From NCBI GenBank assembly GCA_018668595.1, contig JABJCP010000043.1:36490-100489 (forward strand): 64,000 nt of DNA, in the 5' to 3' direction. Below are positions 51,852 to 60,986 of this stretch, piece after piece. Positions within the stretch are counted from its first letter, which is position 1; every line of letters starts with the position of its first letter. Below the pieces are notes generated by a model. That model saw only the letters and a program-made list of their open reading frames with translations, searched no databases and was not told the DNA's origin. Origin of the DNA: Candidatus Woesearchaeota archaeon (GTDB lineage: Archaea > Nanobdellota > Nanobdellia > Woesearchaeales > UBA11576). Made by a program: the position numbers and the translations under genes.

Positions 51852-52233
51852 ATTATGCACAAAAATTGCAGGAAGAGACTCAGGAAAAAAATGTGTGATT
51901 GTAGAAATCATTGATGATTCTTATGTTTTAGTAGATGGAGAAACAAGAAGAAGAAAATGTAATATGTCACATTTAGATCCTATTAATGAAAAAATTGATA
52001 TTCAAACAGGAGCAGATCACAAAAAAGTTGTTGACGAATTTAAAAAATTAGGTATAGAACTTATAGAAACAAAACCTAAAAAAGCAGGAGAGCGTCCTAG
52101 ACAACAAAGACTTAAAAATAAGCAAGCTTTAGAAGAGAAACCTAAAAAAGAAAAACCTGCTAAAAAGGAAGAGAAAAAAACTGCACCTGAAGAGACTAAA
52201 TTAGAAAAAACATTAGACTCTGAATCAGAATAA
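51835..52233 (+). CDS. rpl14e: 50S ribosomal protein L14e with charged C-terminal extension
   Basis: EVGRLC.KIAGRDSGKKCVIV, RRRKCN..HL.P. Confidence 0.95.
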   Translation: MMEVGRLCTKIAGRDSGKKCVIVEIIDDSYVLVDGETRRRKCNMSHLDPINEKIDIQTGADHKKVVDEFKKLGIELIETKPKKAGERPRQQRLKNKQALEEKPKKEKPAKKEEKKTAPEETKLEKTLDSESE

Positions 52234-52290
52234 TTTTTGTTTTTTAAATTTTATTTCTTTACTTTTTATTTTTGTTTAAAAAATTACGTT

Positions 52291-53253
52291 CTAAAACATA
52301 AATTTGTTTCTAGATTTTAATTCTTCTACTAAAGATTCTGGTTTGTAAATTCCAAGTTCAGTAATTACACCCGATATTAAATCAGGATCTACTTGTTCGA
52401 ATGCGAAATTTTGTATCTTAACGTTTTTGGGTTTGTCAGGCCAAACTTCTGATTCACTTCTCAGTTCAATAGGCTCTTCAAAACCAAATATTGTTTGAGG
52501 ATCAAATTTCCAAGAATGAGTGCAAACATAAATAGGTATTTGATATCTTTTAGCAACTTCTGCAAATAATTCACTTCCTATTTTATTGATTACTTTTCCT
52601 TCTACAGTTATAGCATCTGCTCCTATCAAAAATAAATCTGCTTTTTTCAAAGCAAGTCTGGCTGCAGAATCAACATAATGAGTCACTTTTATTCCATGCG
52701 AAGCTAATTCTTTTGCTGTTTTTCGCCCTTGATATCTAGGTCTGGTTTCAGTGTTATGAACCTCAAATTTTTTACCCTTTGATTTTGCTAAAAGTAAAAT
52801 ATCGACGACAGATTTACTATGACAATGAGTAAATACAACCATATTTTTTTTTATTTTTTTAGAACCAATTTTTGAAATTTCTAATTTGCCCTTAGAAATT
52901 ATTTCGAGTGCTTGATCAATTCTATGATTTAATCTTAAAATTAATTTATCAGTTTCATCCATAGCATATTTATCAACATCTGATAAAACATAATTTAATG
53001 CGTTTCTAAGCATGGGTTCTGTAGGTCTTGATTTAAATAATTTTTTCTTTGCGTTTTTTAATTCAGAAATTAATTTATTAGGTTTTGAATTAGATTTTGA
53101 GTTAGATTTTGATTCAATTTTAGAGAAATCCGAAAGAATAAATTTTAAAGATTTTACTGCCGCTATTGCAATATTAGTTGCGCCTTGAATCTCCAAATTT
53201 TTTATATCTAAAACAACTTTATTAAAAGAGTTTTTATTTTTAAAGTTCGACAT
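52291..53253 (-). CDS. eIF-2B alpha/beta/delta family protein, probably ribose-1,5-bisphosphate isomerase
   Basis: IQGATNIA, SRPTEPMLRN, THCHS, ETRPRYQG, GADAI, NKIGS. Confidence 0.9.
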   Translation of the reverse strand: MSNFKNKNSFNKVVLDIKNLEIQGATNIAIAAVKSLKFILSDFSKIESKSNSKSNSKPNKLISELKNAKKKLFKSRPTEPMLRNALNYVLSDVDKYAMDETDKLILRLNHRIDQALEIISKGKLEISKIGSKKIKKNMVVFTHCHSKSVVDILLLAKSKGKKFEVHNTETRPRYQGRKTAKELASHGIKVTHYVDSAARLALKKADLFLIGADAITVEGKVINKIGSELFAEVAKRYQIPIYVCTHSWKFDPQTIFGFEEPIELRSESEVWPDKPKNVKIQNFAFEQVDPDLISGVITELGIYKPESLVEELKSRNKFMF

Positions 53254-53270
53254 TTTTATTGTTTTAAAAA

Positions 53271-53933
53271 TTATTGTCTTACAACTGCAACAAGTTTTTG
53301 TTTTAATTCTAAAAACTTATCTAACTGATCTTGTTCTGGTTTGAAAATATGTGCGCTATATTCATCAAAATATCCGCATCTAAATTTATCAAGAGATATG
53401 TTAGTTCTTTTAGAGAGCATTAGTGCATAAAAATAAATTTGAGTTGAAGCGTATTTTTCTAAGTCTGCTTTAGGTTTAAAATCCCATACCCAAATTTTTC
53501 CATCTTCTATTCTCACTATATCTATATGTCCTGTTAATGGTTCATCAGAATCAAATATTGCTTTGTATTGTTTTATTTCATGATCTTGTAGCCAAATTGG
53601 AACTTCAACTCCTATGGTTGTTCCATCTTGTTCTAACATGTGAACTTGAACATTACTATGTGCTGTTTTGTATCTGCTACTTTTTAATCCAACATCTGCT
53701 AGTTGACTTACTTCGTGACCTTCTACTCTAATTGGTTTTATTCCTAATTTAAATTTTAGTGATGATCCGCGAGGTCCAGATTCAAAATAGTGATCAGGAC
53801 AATTAGTGAATACTTGATCGAGATAAGTTCTTAAACTTTCAAATCCATTACAACAAAGAAAATCTATTTTATGATCATTTAATCTATAATGATAAAACCA
53901 ACCATGCTTCATTGATGTGTTTCGAATTGTCAT
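53271..53933 (-). CDS. PD-(D/E)XK nuclease family protein
   Basis: EVPIW, GHIDIV, WDFKP, QIYFYAL. Confidence 0.85.
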   Translation of the reverse strand: MTIRNTSMKHGWFYHYRLNDHKIDFLCCNGFESLRTYLDQVFTNCPDHYFESGPRGSSLKFKLGIKPIRVEGHEVSQLADVGLKSSRYKTAHSNVQVHMLEQDGTTIGVEVPIWLQDHEIKQYKAIFDSDEPLTGHIDIVRIEDGKIWVWDFKPKADLEKYASTQIYFYALMLSKRTNISLDKFRCGYFDEYSAHIFKPEQDQLDKFLELKQKLVAVVRQ

Positions 53934-54020
53934 TTTGAAATTATAAATTTGATAAGTTGATTTAATTTTTATTTAGAAATTAAAAAAAAAATATGAGAAG
54001 AAAAGAAAAAATTTTACCAA

Positions 54021-54284
54021 TTACTTTTTCTTTTTAACTGCCTTTTTTGGTTTTGCTTTTACACCAACAAATTTTCTTCCTTTAAGCATAGATTCTATTT
54101 TTTTTTCTTCACGAATAAGTTCTGCTTCTTCAGATACAATTCTATTTGCAATTTTAATTAGATTTTCATCCATTCTTGCAATTCTTCGTTCTAATAATAC
54201 TAGAATTCGTAAACTGTATACTATTGCTGCAAGCGTTCCAATAATTATTGCGAGTGTAACACCCTCAAGTCCTAATCCTGCCAT
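54021..54284 (-). CDS. Small membrane protein with Lys-rich tail
   Basis: GGAGG SD; TM helix, LERRIARMD coiled coil. Confidence 0.8.
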   Translation of the reverse strand: MAGLGLEGVTLAIIIGTLAAIVYSLRILVLLERRIARMDENLIKIANRIVSEEAELIREEKKIESMLKGRKFVGVKAKPKKAVKKKK

Positions 54285-54611
54285 TGTTCAACCTCCTTTT
54301 TTACCAATTTAAAAAAATAATAAGTTTTAGGCTAAATTTAATATAAAAGTAAATTAAAATTAAACTAAATTTAAATCAAATTTAAGCTAATAATATCTAA
54401 TTTTAATTTGATCTAGTATTTAAATGTTACTTTTAAAAACCTATTTGAAATGATGAAAATCAAAGTCAATAAATGAATAAAACTGAATAGAATAACAAAA
54501 TAAAGCAGTAAATATATTCAATAGATAAAATAAAAAAAAATAATAAGAGTAATAAAAAAGATAATAAAAACAATAATAAAAACAATAGAAGGTGATAAAA
54601 AAATTAAAAAA

Positions 54612-55427
54612 TTACTTAAAAACAATGTCAGAAGATTTCATACCGTCCCACTGACCTTCAAACATCTGTTGCAATGCACTACTAAAAAACTTAGTATTTA
54701 CCCATACACCTGCATCATAGGTAGGATGAACATCTGCATCATCTAATAACATAAATGTTAATTGTTCTCCATCAATTAAACAGAATCTGGATCTTACTTT
54801 TTCACAGTGTCTAATTTCTGCAAGACCTTTTAATTCTTTAACTAATTTTTTTGTTTCTTTGGTTAATGGTGCTGCAATTCTTACTGTAAGATTTTTATCT
54901 TTTGCTTTTTGTAAAACATTCTTTAAGAATTCTGTTTTTCTCATAAGTCCTTCTGTTGTTGTCATTATATCAACTGAAGACTTTGCAGATTTAACCATTG
55001 TTTCAATATGATTATATAAATTTCCTCTACCTTTTAATGCACCACTAATATCTGTTGGTTCAATAAGTTCTACACCTTGATCATGAAGAGTGTTTAACTC
55101 GGATAGAATGTCGCTTCCCTTTAAATTATCTAATATTTTAGTGTGATTAGTAGCCTCATCTTGAACTTTTCGTTTAACTCGCTCTAATACTTCTGCGGGA
55201 GCAACTGCCACATACTTAATTGGCTTTCCTAATTTCATTATAATAAATCCTTTTCTTTCTAGACTTTCTAATACATCATAAGATCTAGATCTTGGAACAT
55301 TTGCAATATCTGATAGCTCACCTGCAGTAGAAACGCCTCGCGAGAGTAACGCTGTCCAAAGCTTGCTTTCATATGTGTTTAACCCGAAATCTTTGAGCTT
55401 ACTTAAAAATTCTTTCTGTACAATCAT
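54612..55427 (-). CDS. TrmB family regulator / TrmBL2-like chromatin protein (paralog B)
   Basis: Near-identical HTH to paralog A (WTALLSRGVSTAGELSDIANVPRSRSYDVLESLE). Confidence 0.92.
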   Translation of the reverse strand: MIVQKEFLSKLKDFGLNTYESKLWTALLSRGVSTAGELSDIANVPRSRSYDVLESLERKGFIIMKLGKPIKYVAVAPAEVLERVKRKVQDEATNHTKILDNLKGSDILSELNTLHDQGVELIEPTDISGALKGRGNLYNHIETMVKSAKSSVDIMTTTEGLMRKTEFLKNVLQKAKDKNLTVRIAAPLTKETKKLVKELKGLAEIRHCEKVRSRFCLIDGEQLTFMLLDDADVHPTYDAGVWVNTKFFSSALQQMFEGQWDGMKSSDIVFK

Positions 55428-55876
55428 TGTGTGGCACCTTCCATATATTCATTAATTAATCTTCTATCAGGCTTCTTTAATAGTTATGAAGCAATTCTAG
55501 TGTTTATTTAAACAAAAAACGCTAAATTAACGCTTTTTTTCTTCTAGAACCTCTTTTATTTTTTTTTATAGTATTACAAGGATTCAATGAGCTTTATTGT
55601 TCTTTCAGACAACCATAACCCTGTTGTGCTTTTTTACTATTGAGAAGGCATAACCCATATTTAAAGGTTTCGTTATTTTTGCTATTTGATAGTAACAAAT
55701 ATGCCTAAAATATATAAAAACTATATAAATTAAGCCAAAAACTAACAAAAAAACGTAAAAAAACAACATAAAAACAAAATAATAACTTAAATAAATATAA
55801 TAGAAATAATAAAAAAAATAAAAAGTAAATAATAAAAGAAAAAAAAACAGAAATGACAAAAATAATAAAATAAGAC

Positions 55877-56152
55877 TCAGTATCTCAAATCAAAAAAATC
55901 ATATGATTCTTCAGAACAATCATCAACAAAATCAATAGAATCTACTTTAGACATTAAACTACCCAATTTGCAAGCATTCATCAGCTTATTAACAATTGAT
56001 TCGTCTCCATGCACTACAATCTCTACAGACCCATCAGGTAAATTCTTAACATACCCTTTCAAACTTAATTTAGATGCTTGTTGTTTAACAAATAATCTAA
56101 ATCCAACACCTTGAACTTTGCCTTTTATATTCGCTTTAATTTTTTTCACCAA
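55877..56152 (-). CDS. acyP: Acylphosphatase
   Basis: GKVQGVGFR, GYVKNLPDGSVE. Confidence 0.95.
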   Translation of the reverse strand: MVKKIKANIKGKVQGVGFRLFVKQQASKLSLKGYVKNLPDGSVEIVVHGDESIVNKLMNACKLGSLMSKVDSIDFVDDCSEESYDFFDLRY

Positions 56153-56158
56153 ATCACC

Positions 56159-56515
56159 TCAACAATTCCAACTTAATTTATCCCCTAAACAAATATTATT
56201 TTTAAAAATAGAACCTTGTTTAAGTTCTATAAAAAATTTTGATTTTTTCGTCGAGAAATAAAAAGTAAATGGTAAAAAATTTTCTTTTAATTCTACAACC
56301 TTAGACTTCGAATCTAAAAAAACAACATCAATAGGATAAAAAACAAAAAACATATGGATATCAACCAATATTGGTTTGTTAAAAACAAATATGTGCGCCT
56401 TATCTTCAACAGCGCCAAATCCAGAAAACATTAATCCTTTTAGTTTAGAAAAAAAAGATTTTCTAATAACAATATCATTCGCAATAATTAACTTATTTGT
56501 CTTATTAATTAACAT
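56159..56515 (-). CDS. DUF192 family protein
   Basis: KLKGLMF, IHMFFVFYPIDVVFLD, IEL..G; start set at ATG 56515. Confidence 0.88.
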   Translation of the reverse strand: MLINKTNKLIIANDIVIRKSFFSKLKGLMFSGFGAVEDKAHIFVFNKPILVDIHMFFVFYPIDVVFLDSKSKVVELKENFLPFTFYFSTKKSKFFIELKQGSIFKNNICLGDKLSWNC

Positions 56516-56777
56516 ATAAAAAACATTAATTATAATTAGTATTAAAAACATACTATTTCCAAAAGAAGAGTACCTAAAAATCAAACAACAAATAACTGCT
56601 TCAATCACTAAAATTTGAATAATAGACAGAGATTTCCACAGGAAATCAAGGGGGTCTAGTAACACCAACACCTATTTCCTTAATTATATGTTTCCGAGTA
56701 GATATATTTATAAATGAAAGGGTATTTCTATTTATATAGTCTTTATGAGTCCTTTATAAACGAATTGGGGGTTAAAA

Positions 56778-57338
56778 ATGAGTAAAAAAGAAATTAGAGT
56801 GGTAAATATTGTGGTATCTGCTTCATTGGGACATGATATACCTTTAGAAAAGATGGCTGCAACGCTTTCAAACACAGAATATAATCCTGAACAGTTTCCA
56901 GGTTTGGTTATCAGGATTAAAGAACCTAAAACGTCTGCTTTGATATTTAACAGCGGTAAAATCGTATGTACCGGAGCACGGAATATGGAAGATGTTAAAA
57001 AATCCATTAAACAGATAATTAAGAGTTTGGAAAAAATTAATGTTAAGATAAAAGAAGAACCTGAAGCAACTATCCAAAATATGGTCGCAAGTGGCGCAAT
57101 TGGAATGGATCTTAATCTTAATACATTAGCAATGAAGCTTCAAAACACAGAATATGAACCTGAACAATTCCCAGGGTTAGTCTACAAACTTACTGTTGAA
57201 CCTAAAGGAATGAAAAGTTTCAAAGCAACATTCTTACTGTTTTCAAATGGAAAGATTGTTTGTACAGGAACTAAAAGTGAAGAGCAGGTTAATTTATCAG
57301 TTGATGCTTTAATAGTTAATCTGAAAAAAGTTATGTGA
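56778..57338 (+). CDS. tbp: TATA-binding protein
   Basis: Two repeats NIVVS/NMVAS..EY.PEQFPGLV..GKIVCTG. Confidence 0.98.
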   Translation: MSKKEIRVVNIVVSASLGHDIPLEKMAATLSNTEYNPEQFPGLVIRIKEPKTSALIFNSGKIVCTGARNMEDVKKSIKQIIKSLEKINVKIKEEPEATIQNMVASGAIGMDLNLNTLAMKLQNTEYEPEQFPGLVYKLTVEPKGMKSFKATFLLFSNGKIVCTGTKSEEQVNLSVDALIVNLKKVM

Positions 57339-57522
57339 ATTAAAAATTGAAAGAAATCGCATTTTTTTCAATAAACGCTTAAAATTTTCAATAACTTTGA
57401 AAAATCATTTGTTTTTTTTACACAAGTTTTTTTAATCACTTAATATATGTAGTAATAGTGTCAACTATCTAAACATATTCAAAAAATACAAATATAAAAA
57501 AATCAGTAAAAGAGAGATAAAA

Positions 57523-60500
57523 TTGGATGTTTCAGAACAAGTAAGAACCTTTGAAGAATTTTTTGAAAAACATTACTTAGCAGAGCTTTTAGAAAAAATT
57601 CGTAAGGGAAAAAATTTTATTGTTATTGATTTTCTTGAACTTTCTAAATTCAATCCAGAACTTGCTAGTTTAATTCTTGATCAACCAGAAGAAGTTTTAA
57701 AAACTGCTGAAATCGCCATAAGATCTTTTGATCTTCCAGAAACTTTTAAAAAATTTCACGTTAGATTAGATAATCTTCCTCGTTCTCAAAAAATCCCTAT
57801 TAGAGAAATCAGAAGTATTCATCTTAGTAAGCTAATGTTTATCGAAGGAATTGTTAGACAAAAATCAGACGTAAGACCTCAAGTAACTTCTGCTAGATTT
57901 GAATGTCCAAGTTGTGGTAATGTAATTACTGTTTTGCAACTTGAAGCTAAATTTAAAGAACCTACAAGATGTGGATGTGGTAGAAAAGGTAAATTTCGTC
58001 TTTTGAGTAAAGAACTTGTTGATGCTCAAAAAATTGTATTAGAAGAAAGTCCTGAAGAACTTGATGGCGGTCAACCTAAACGAATGGATGTATTTTTAAA
58101 AAATGATTTAGTTTCGCCATTAAGTGATAAAAGAACAAATCCAGGTACAAAAATTTGTGTCGTTGGGGAATTAAAAGAAGTTCCAATTCCTTCTCGAGAT
58201 GGTGGTCAATTAATAAGATATGATTTAATGATTGATGCAAATCATTCAAAAAGTATTGAAGAAGATTATTTAGAAATTAACATTAGTGACGATGAAAAAA
58301 AAGAAATTCAAGAACTTGCAAGAAATCCTAAAATTTTTGATATGTTAAGAGAATCATTGGCTCCGTCAATATATGGTCATGATACTGTAAAAGAAGCTAT
58401 AGTTCTTCAATTATTAGGAGGAGTTTTAAAAGTTAGAAATGATGGTGTAAAAACCAGAGGAGACATGCATATTTTATTAATTGGAGATCCTGGTAGTGGT
58501 AAATCTCAATTAATTAAGCGTGCTCAACTTGTTGCTCCAAAAAGTCGATATGTTAGTGGTAAAGGTGCTAGTGGTGCAGGTCTTACTGCCGCAGTTGTTA
58601 AAGATGAATTTTTAAAAGGTTGGGCACTTGAAGCAGGAGCATTAGTTCTTGCAAACAAAGGTTTTTGTGTTACCAAAAACACCAACATTTTAGTTGAAAA
58701 TAATCAAATTTTGACTGCTAAAGAAATATATAATATGAAAAAAGGAAAAACATCAAATAAAAATTTAAAATTAATTTCATTCAATGATAAATCTTTTTCA
58801 ATTAAAAAAAATAAATTAATTAATGTTTCAAAACGAAAAGCCAATGAAGTATTCTGCTTAGAATTCGAGTCAGGTGATTTATTAGAAGTCACAGGAGAAC
58901 ATCCGTTACCAGTTTGGGATAATGGATTGTTATGGAAGGAAGTAAAAGATATTAATACTTCTGAGTTAATTATTGATTTTAAAGATTACAAGTTTCCAAA
59001 AAAGAAGATTCAAAAAATAGTTATGAATAATACTGATGAAAACATTATGTTAACTGAAGATTTTTTGGAATTTATGGGTTTAATTGTTACTGACGGACAT
59101 ATTTCTCTTAAAAAATATAAAGTAACTTTTTATTCTAAATCTGAAGAATTATTAAAACGATTTGAAAAACTTTCTCAAAAATTGTTCAAAAAACAAGTTT
59201 CGTTTTATACTGATACTCGTTCAAGAGTTAAACAAGCATATTTTTGTTCTAAAGAAATAGTACAAAAATTAAATTATTTGGGCATTCCAAAAGGAAATAA
59301 AACTAAAAAACAAATTGATTTAAGCATAATAAAAAATTTAGCACCTAATTTGATTAAATCTTTTTTAGTTGGAGTTATTAATGGAGATGGATCTATTTCA
59401 AACAGAAAAAGTGGTGGCTGTATAGATATTGTTTCGGGTAATAAAGAATTTATTAAACAACTAAAATTATTATTTAGAAAAATAGGAATAATTGGTAAAG
59501 TATCATCTATTTCTCACACGGGTGGAGGAGTTGTTAAAAAAGGTTCTTATAAAATTTTCAAATTGACAATTACTGGTGTTGGAAACATAGTTAAAATTAA
59601 AAGTTCAAAAATTGTAAAAAATAAAAAAGATAAATTAAAACAAATTTGTTCTAGATTTGATAATTATGGATGTTTTAAAAAAATTGGAAAATTAATTAAA
59701 AATGTTAATTTGAAATTAAAAAAAAATCATAAAAAATATTTTTATGAAAATAATATACGCTTATCTAGATTGAACAAATTGAATATAAGTCGAACAAATT
59801 TAAAAAAAGCAGTTGATCTAATTTCGAAATTAGATTATATGAAAAATTGTAATTCTTTTAAACTTTTAAAATTGCTTTGTTTAAAAAATATATATTTTAA
59901 TAAAATAATTGCTAAACAAAACATAGGTTCTAAAATTGTTTACAATTTAGAAGTTGAACACGATAATACTTATTTTGCTAATTTTATTCCAGTCCATAAT
60001 TGCATGATTGACGAAATGGATAAAATGAGCAAAGAAGATCAAAGTGCGATGCACGAAGCTCTTGAGCAACAAACAGTCACAATTGCAAAAGCAAATATTC
60101 AAGCAACACTACGATGTGAAACTACTGTTTTGGCAGCAGCTAATCCTAAATGGGGTCGTTTTGATCCATATGAAATTATTGCTAAACAAATTGATCTTCC
60201 GCCTGCATTAATTAGTAGATTTGATTTAATTTTTCCAATAAGAGATCTTCCTGACCGTGAAAAAGATACGCGTCTTGCATCATTTATTTTAAAACTTCAT
60301 CAAGATAGAGCAGGAGGTAATCCACCTATTGCAACTGAATTGTTAAAAAAATATTTAGCTTATTCTCGACGATTTTGTCATCCTGCATTAACTACTGAAG
60401 CTTTAGAAGAAATTCAAGCTTATTATGTGGAAATACGTAACAAAGGTGGTGAAGAAGGAGGAGTAAAATCTATCCCTATTACTGCACGTCAGCTTGAAGC

Positions 60501-60873
60501 ATTAGTAAGACTTGCCGAAGCTTCAGCAAGGAGTCGTCTTGCAGAAAAAGTTACTCAAAAAGATTCTAAAAAAGCTATTGAATTATTACATTATTGTATG
60601 TCTCAAGTAGGTGTTGATCCTGAAACTGGTAAGATCGATATTGATGTTTTAACAACAGGAGTTTCATCATCTGCTCGAACTAATATCTCGACAGTAAAAG
60701 AAGTTATTCATGAACTTGAAAATAAAGTTGGTAAAACTATTCCTATTGATGATATTGTAAAAGGTTCTCAAGAAAAAGGTATTGATGTTGATAAGGTTGA
60801 TGAAATTATTGAAAAACTCAAACGTGCTGGAGATATTTTTGAACCACGTAGAGGATTTATTCAAAGGATTTAA
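57523..60873 (+). CDS. mcm: MCM replicative helicase, intein-containing
   Basis: Zn finger CPSCG/CGCG, GDPGSGKSQ, IDEMDKM, AAANP, SRFD, ITARQLE, C-terminal wH. Confidence 0.97.
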   Translation: MDVSEQVRTFEEFFEKHYLAELLEKIRKGKNFIVIDFLELSKFNPELASLILDQPEEVLKTAEIAIRSFDLPETFKKFHVRLDNLPRSQKIPIREIRSIHLSKLMFIEGIVRQKSDVRPQVTSARFECPSCGNVITVLQLEAKFKEPTRCGCGRKGKFRLLSKELVDAQKIVLEESPEELDGGQPKRMDVFLKNDLVSPLSDKRTNPGTKICVVGELKEVPIPSRDGGQLIRYDLMIDANHSKSIEEDYLEINISDDEKKEIQELARNPKIFDMLRESLAPSIYGHDTVKEAIVLQLLGGVLKVRNDGVKTRGDMHILLIGDPGSGKSQLIKRAQLVAPKSRYVSGKGASGAGLTAAVVKDEFLKGWALEAGALVLANKGFCVTKNTNILVENNQILTAKEIYNMKKGKTSNKNLKLISFNDKSFSIKKNKLINVSKRKANEVFCLEFESGDLLEVTGEHPLPVWDNGLLWKEVKDINTSELIIDFKDYKFPKKKIQKIVMNNTDENIMLTEDFLEFMGLIVTDGHISLKKYKVTFYSKSEELLKRFEKLSQKLFKKQVSFYTDTRSRVKQAYFCSKEIVQKLNYLGIPKGNKTKKQIDLSIIKNLAPNLIKSFLVGVINGDGSISNRKSGGCIDIVSGNKEFIKQLKLLFRKIGIIGKVSSISHTGGGVVKKGSYKIFKLTITGVGNIVKIKSSKIVKNKKDKLKQICSRFDNYGCFKKIGKLIKNVNLKLKKNHKKYFYENNIRLSRLNKLNISRTNLKKAVDLISKLDYMKNCNSFKLLKLLCLKNIYFNKIIAKQNIGSKIVYNLEVEHDNTYFANFIPVHNCMIDEMDKMSKEDQSAMHEALEQQTVTIAKANIQATLRCETTVLAAANPKWGRFDPYEIIAKQIDLPPALISRFDLIFPIRDLPDREKDTRLASFILKLHQDRAGGNPPIATELLKKYLAYSRRFCHPALTTEALEEIQAYYVEIRNKGGEEGGVKSIPITARQLEALVRLAEASARSRLAEKVTQKDSKKAIELLHYCMSQVGVDPETGKIDIDVLTTGVSSSARTNISTVKEVIHELENKVGKTIPIDDIVKGSQEKGIDVDKVDEIIEKLKRAGDIFEPRRGFIQRI
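58666..60000 (+). mobile_element. Intein (445 aa) with LAGLIDADG homing endonuclease
   Basis: Starts CVTKNT, block B TGEHP, blocks C/E GLIVTDG and GVINGDG, ends VYNLEV..FAN.IPVHN, +1 Cys; removal restores ANKGF-CMIDE. Confidence 0.95.
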
Positions 60874-60986
60874 TTTAAACAATTAACTAATTACTATAAT
60901 ATTACTATAATTTAACCAATTATATTATTAATTCTTATAAAAATTAAAAAAACATTTAAATAGTAACTTTTTATTTTTATAGAATA

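Noticed and set aside
55605-55859. 84-aa F/Y/L-rich ORF
   Set aside because: Translation of a poly-T-rich intergenic strand.
56516-56671. Hydrophobic N-terminal extension of the DUF192 protein
   Set aside because: Family similarity begins at MLINKT (56515); the extension is probably intergenic.
57339-57522. Replication origin near tbp/mcm
   Set aside because: No ORB-like repeats with G-strings and no cdc6/orc1 in the window.
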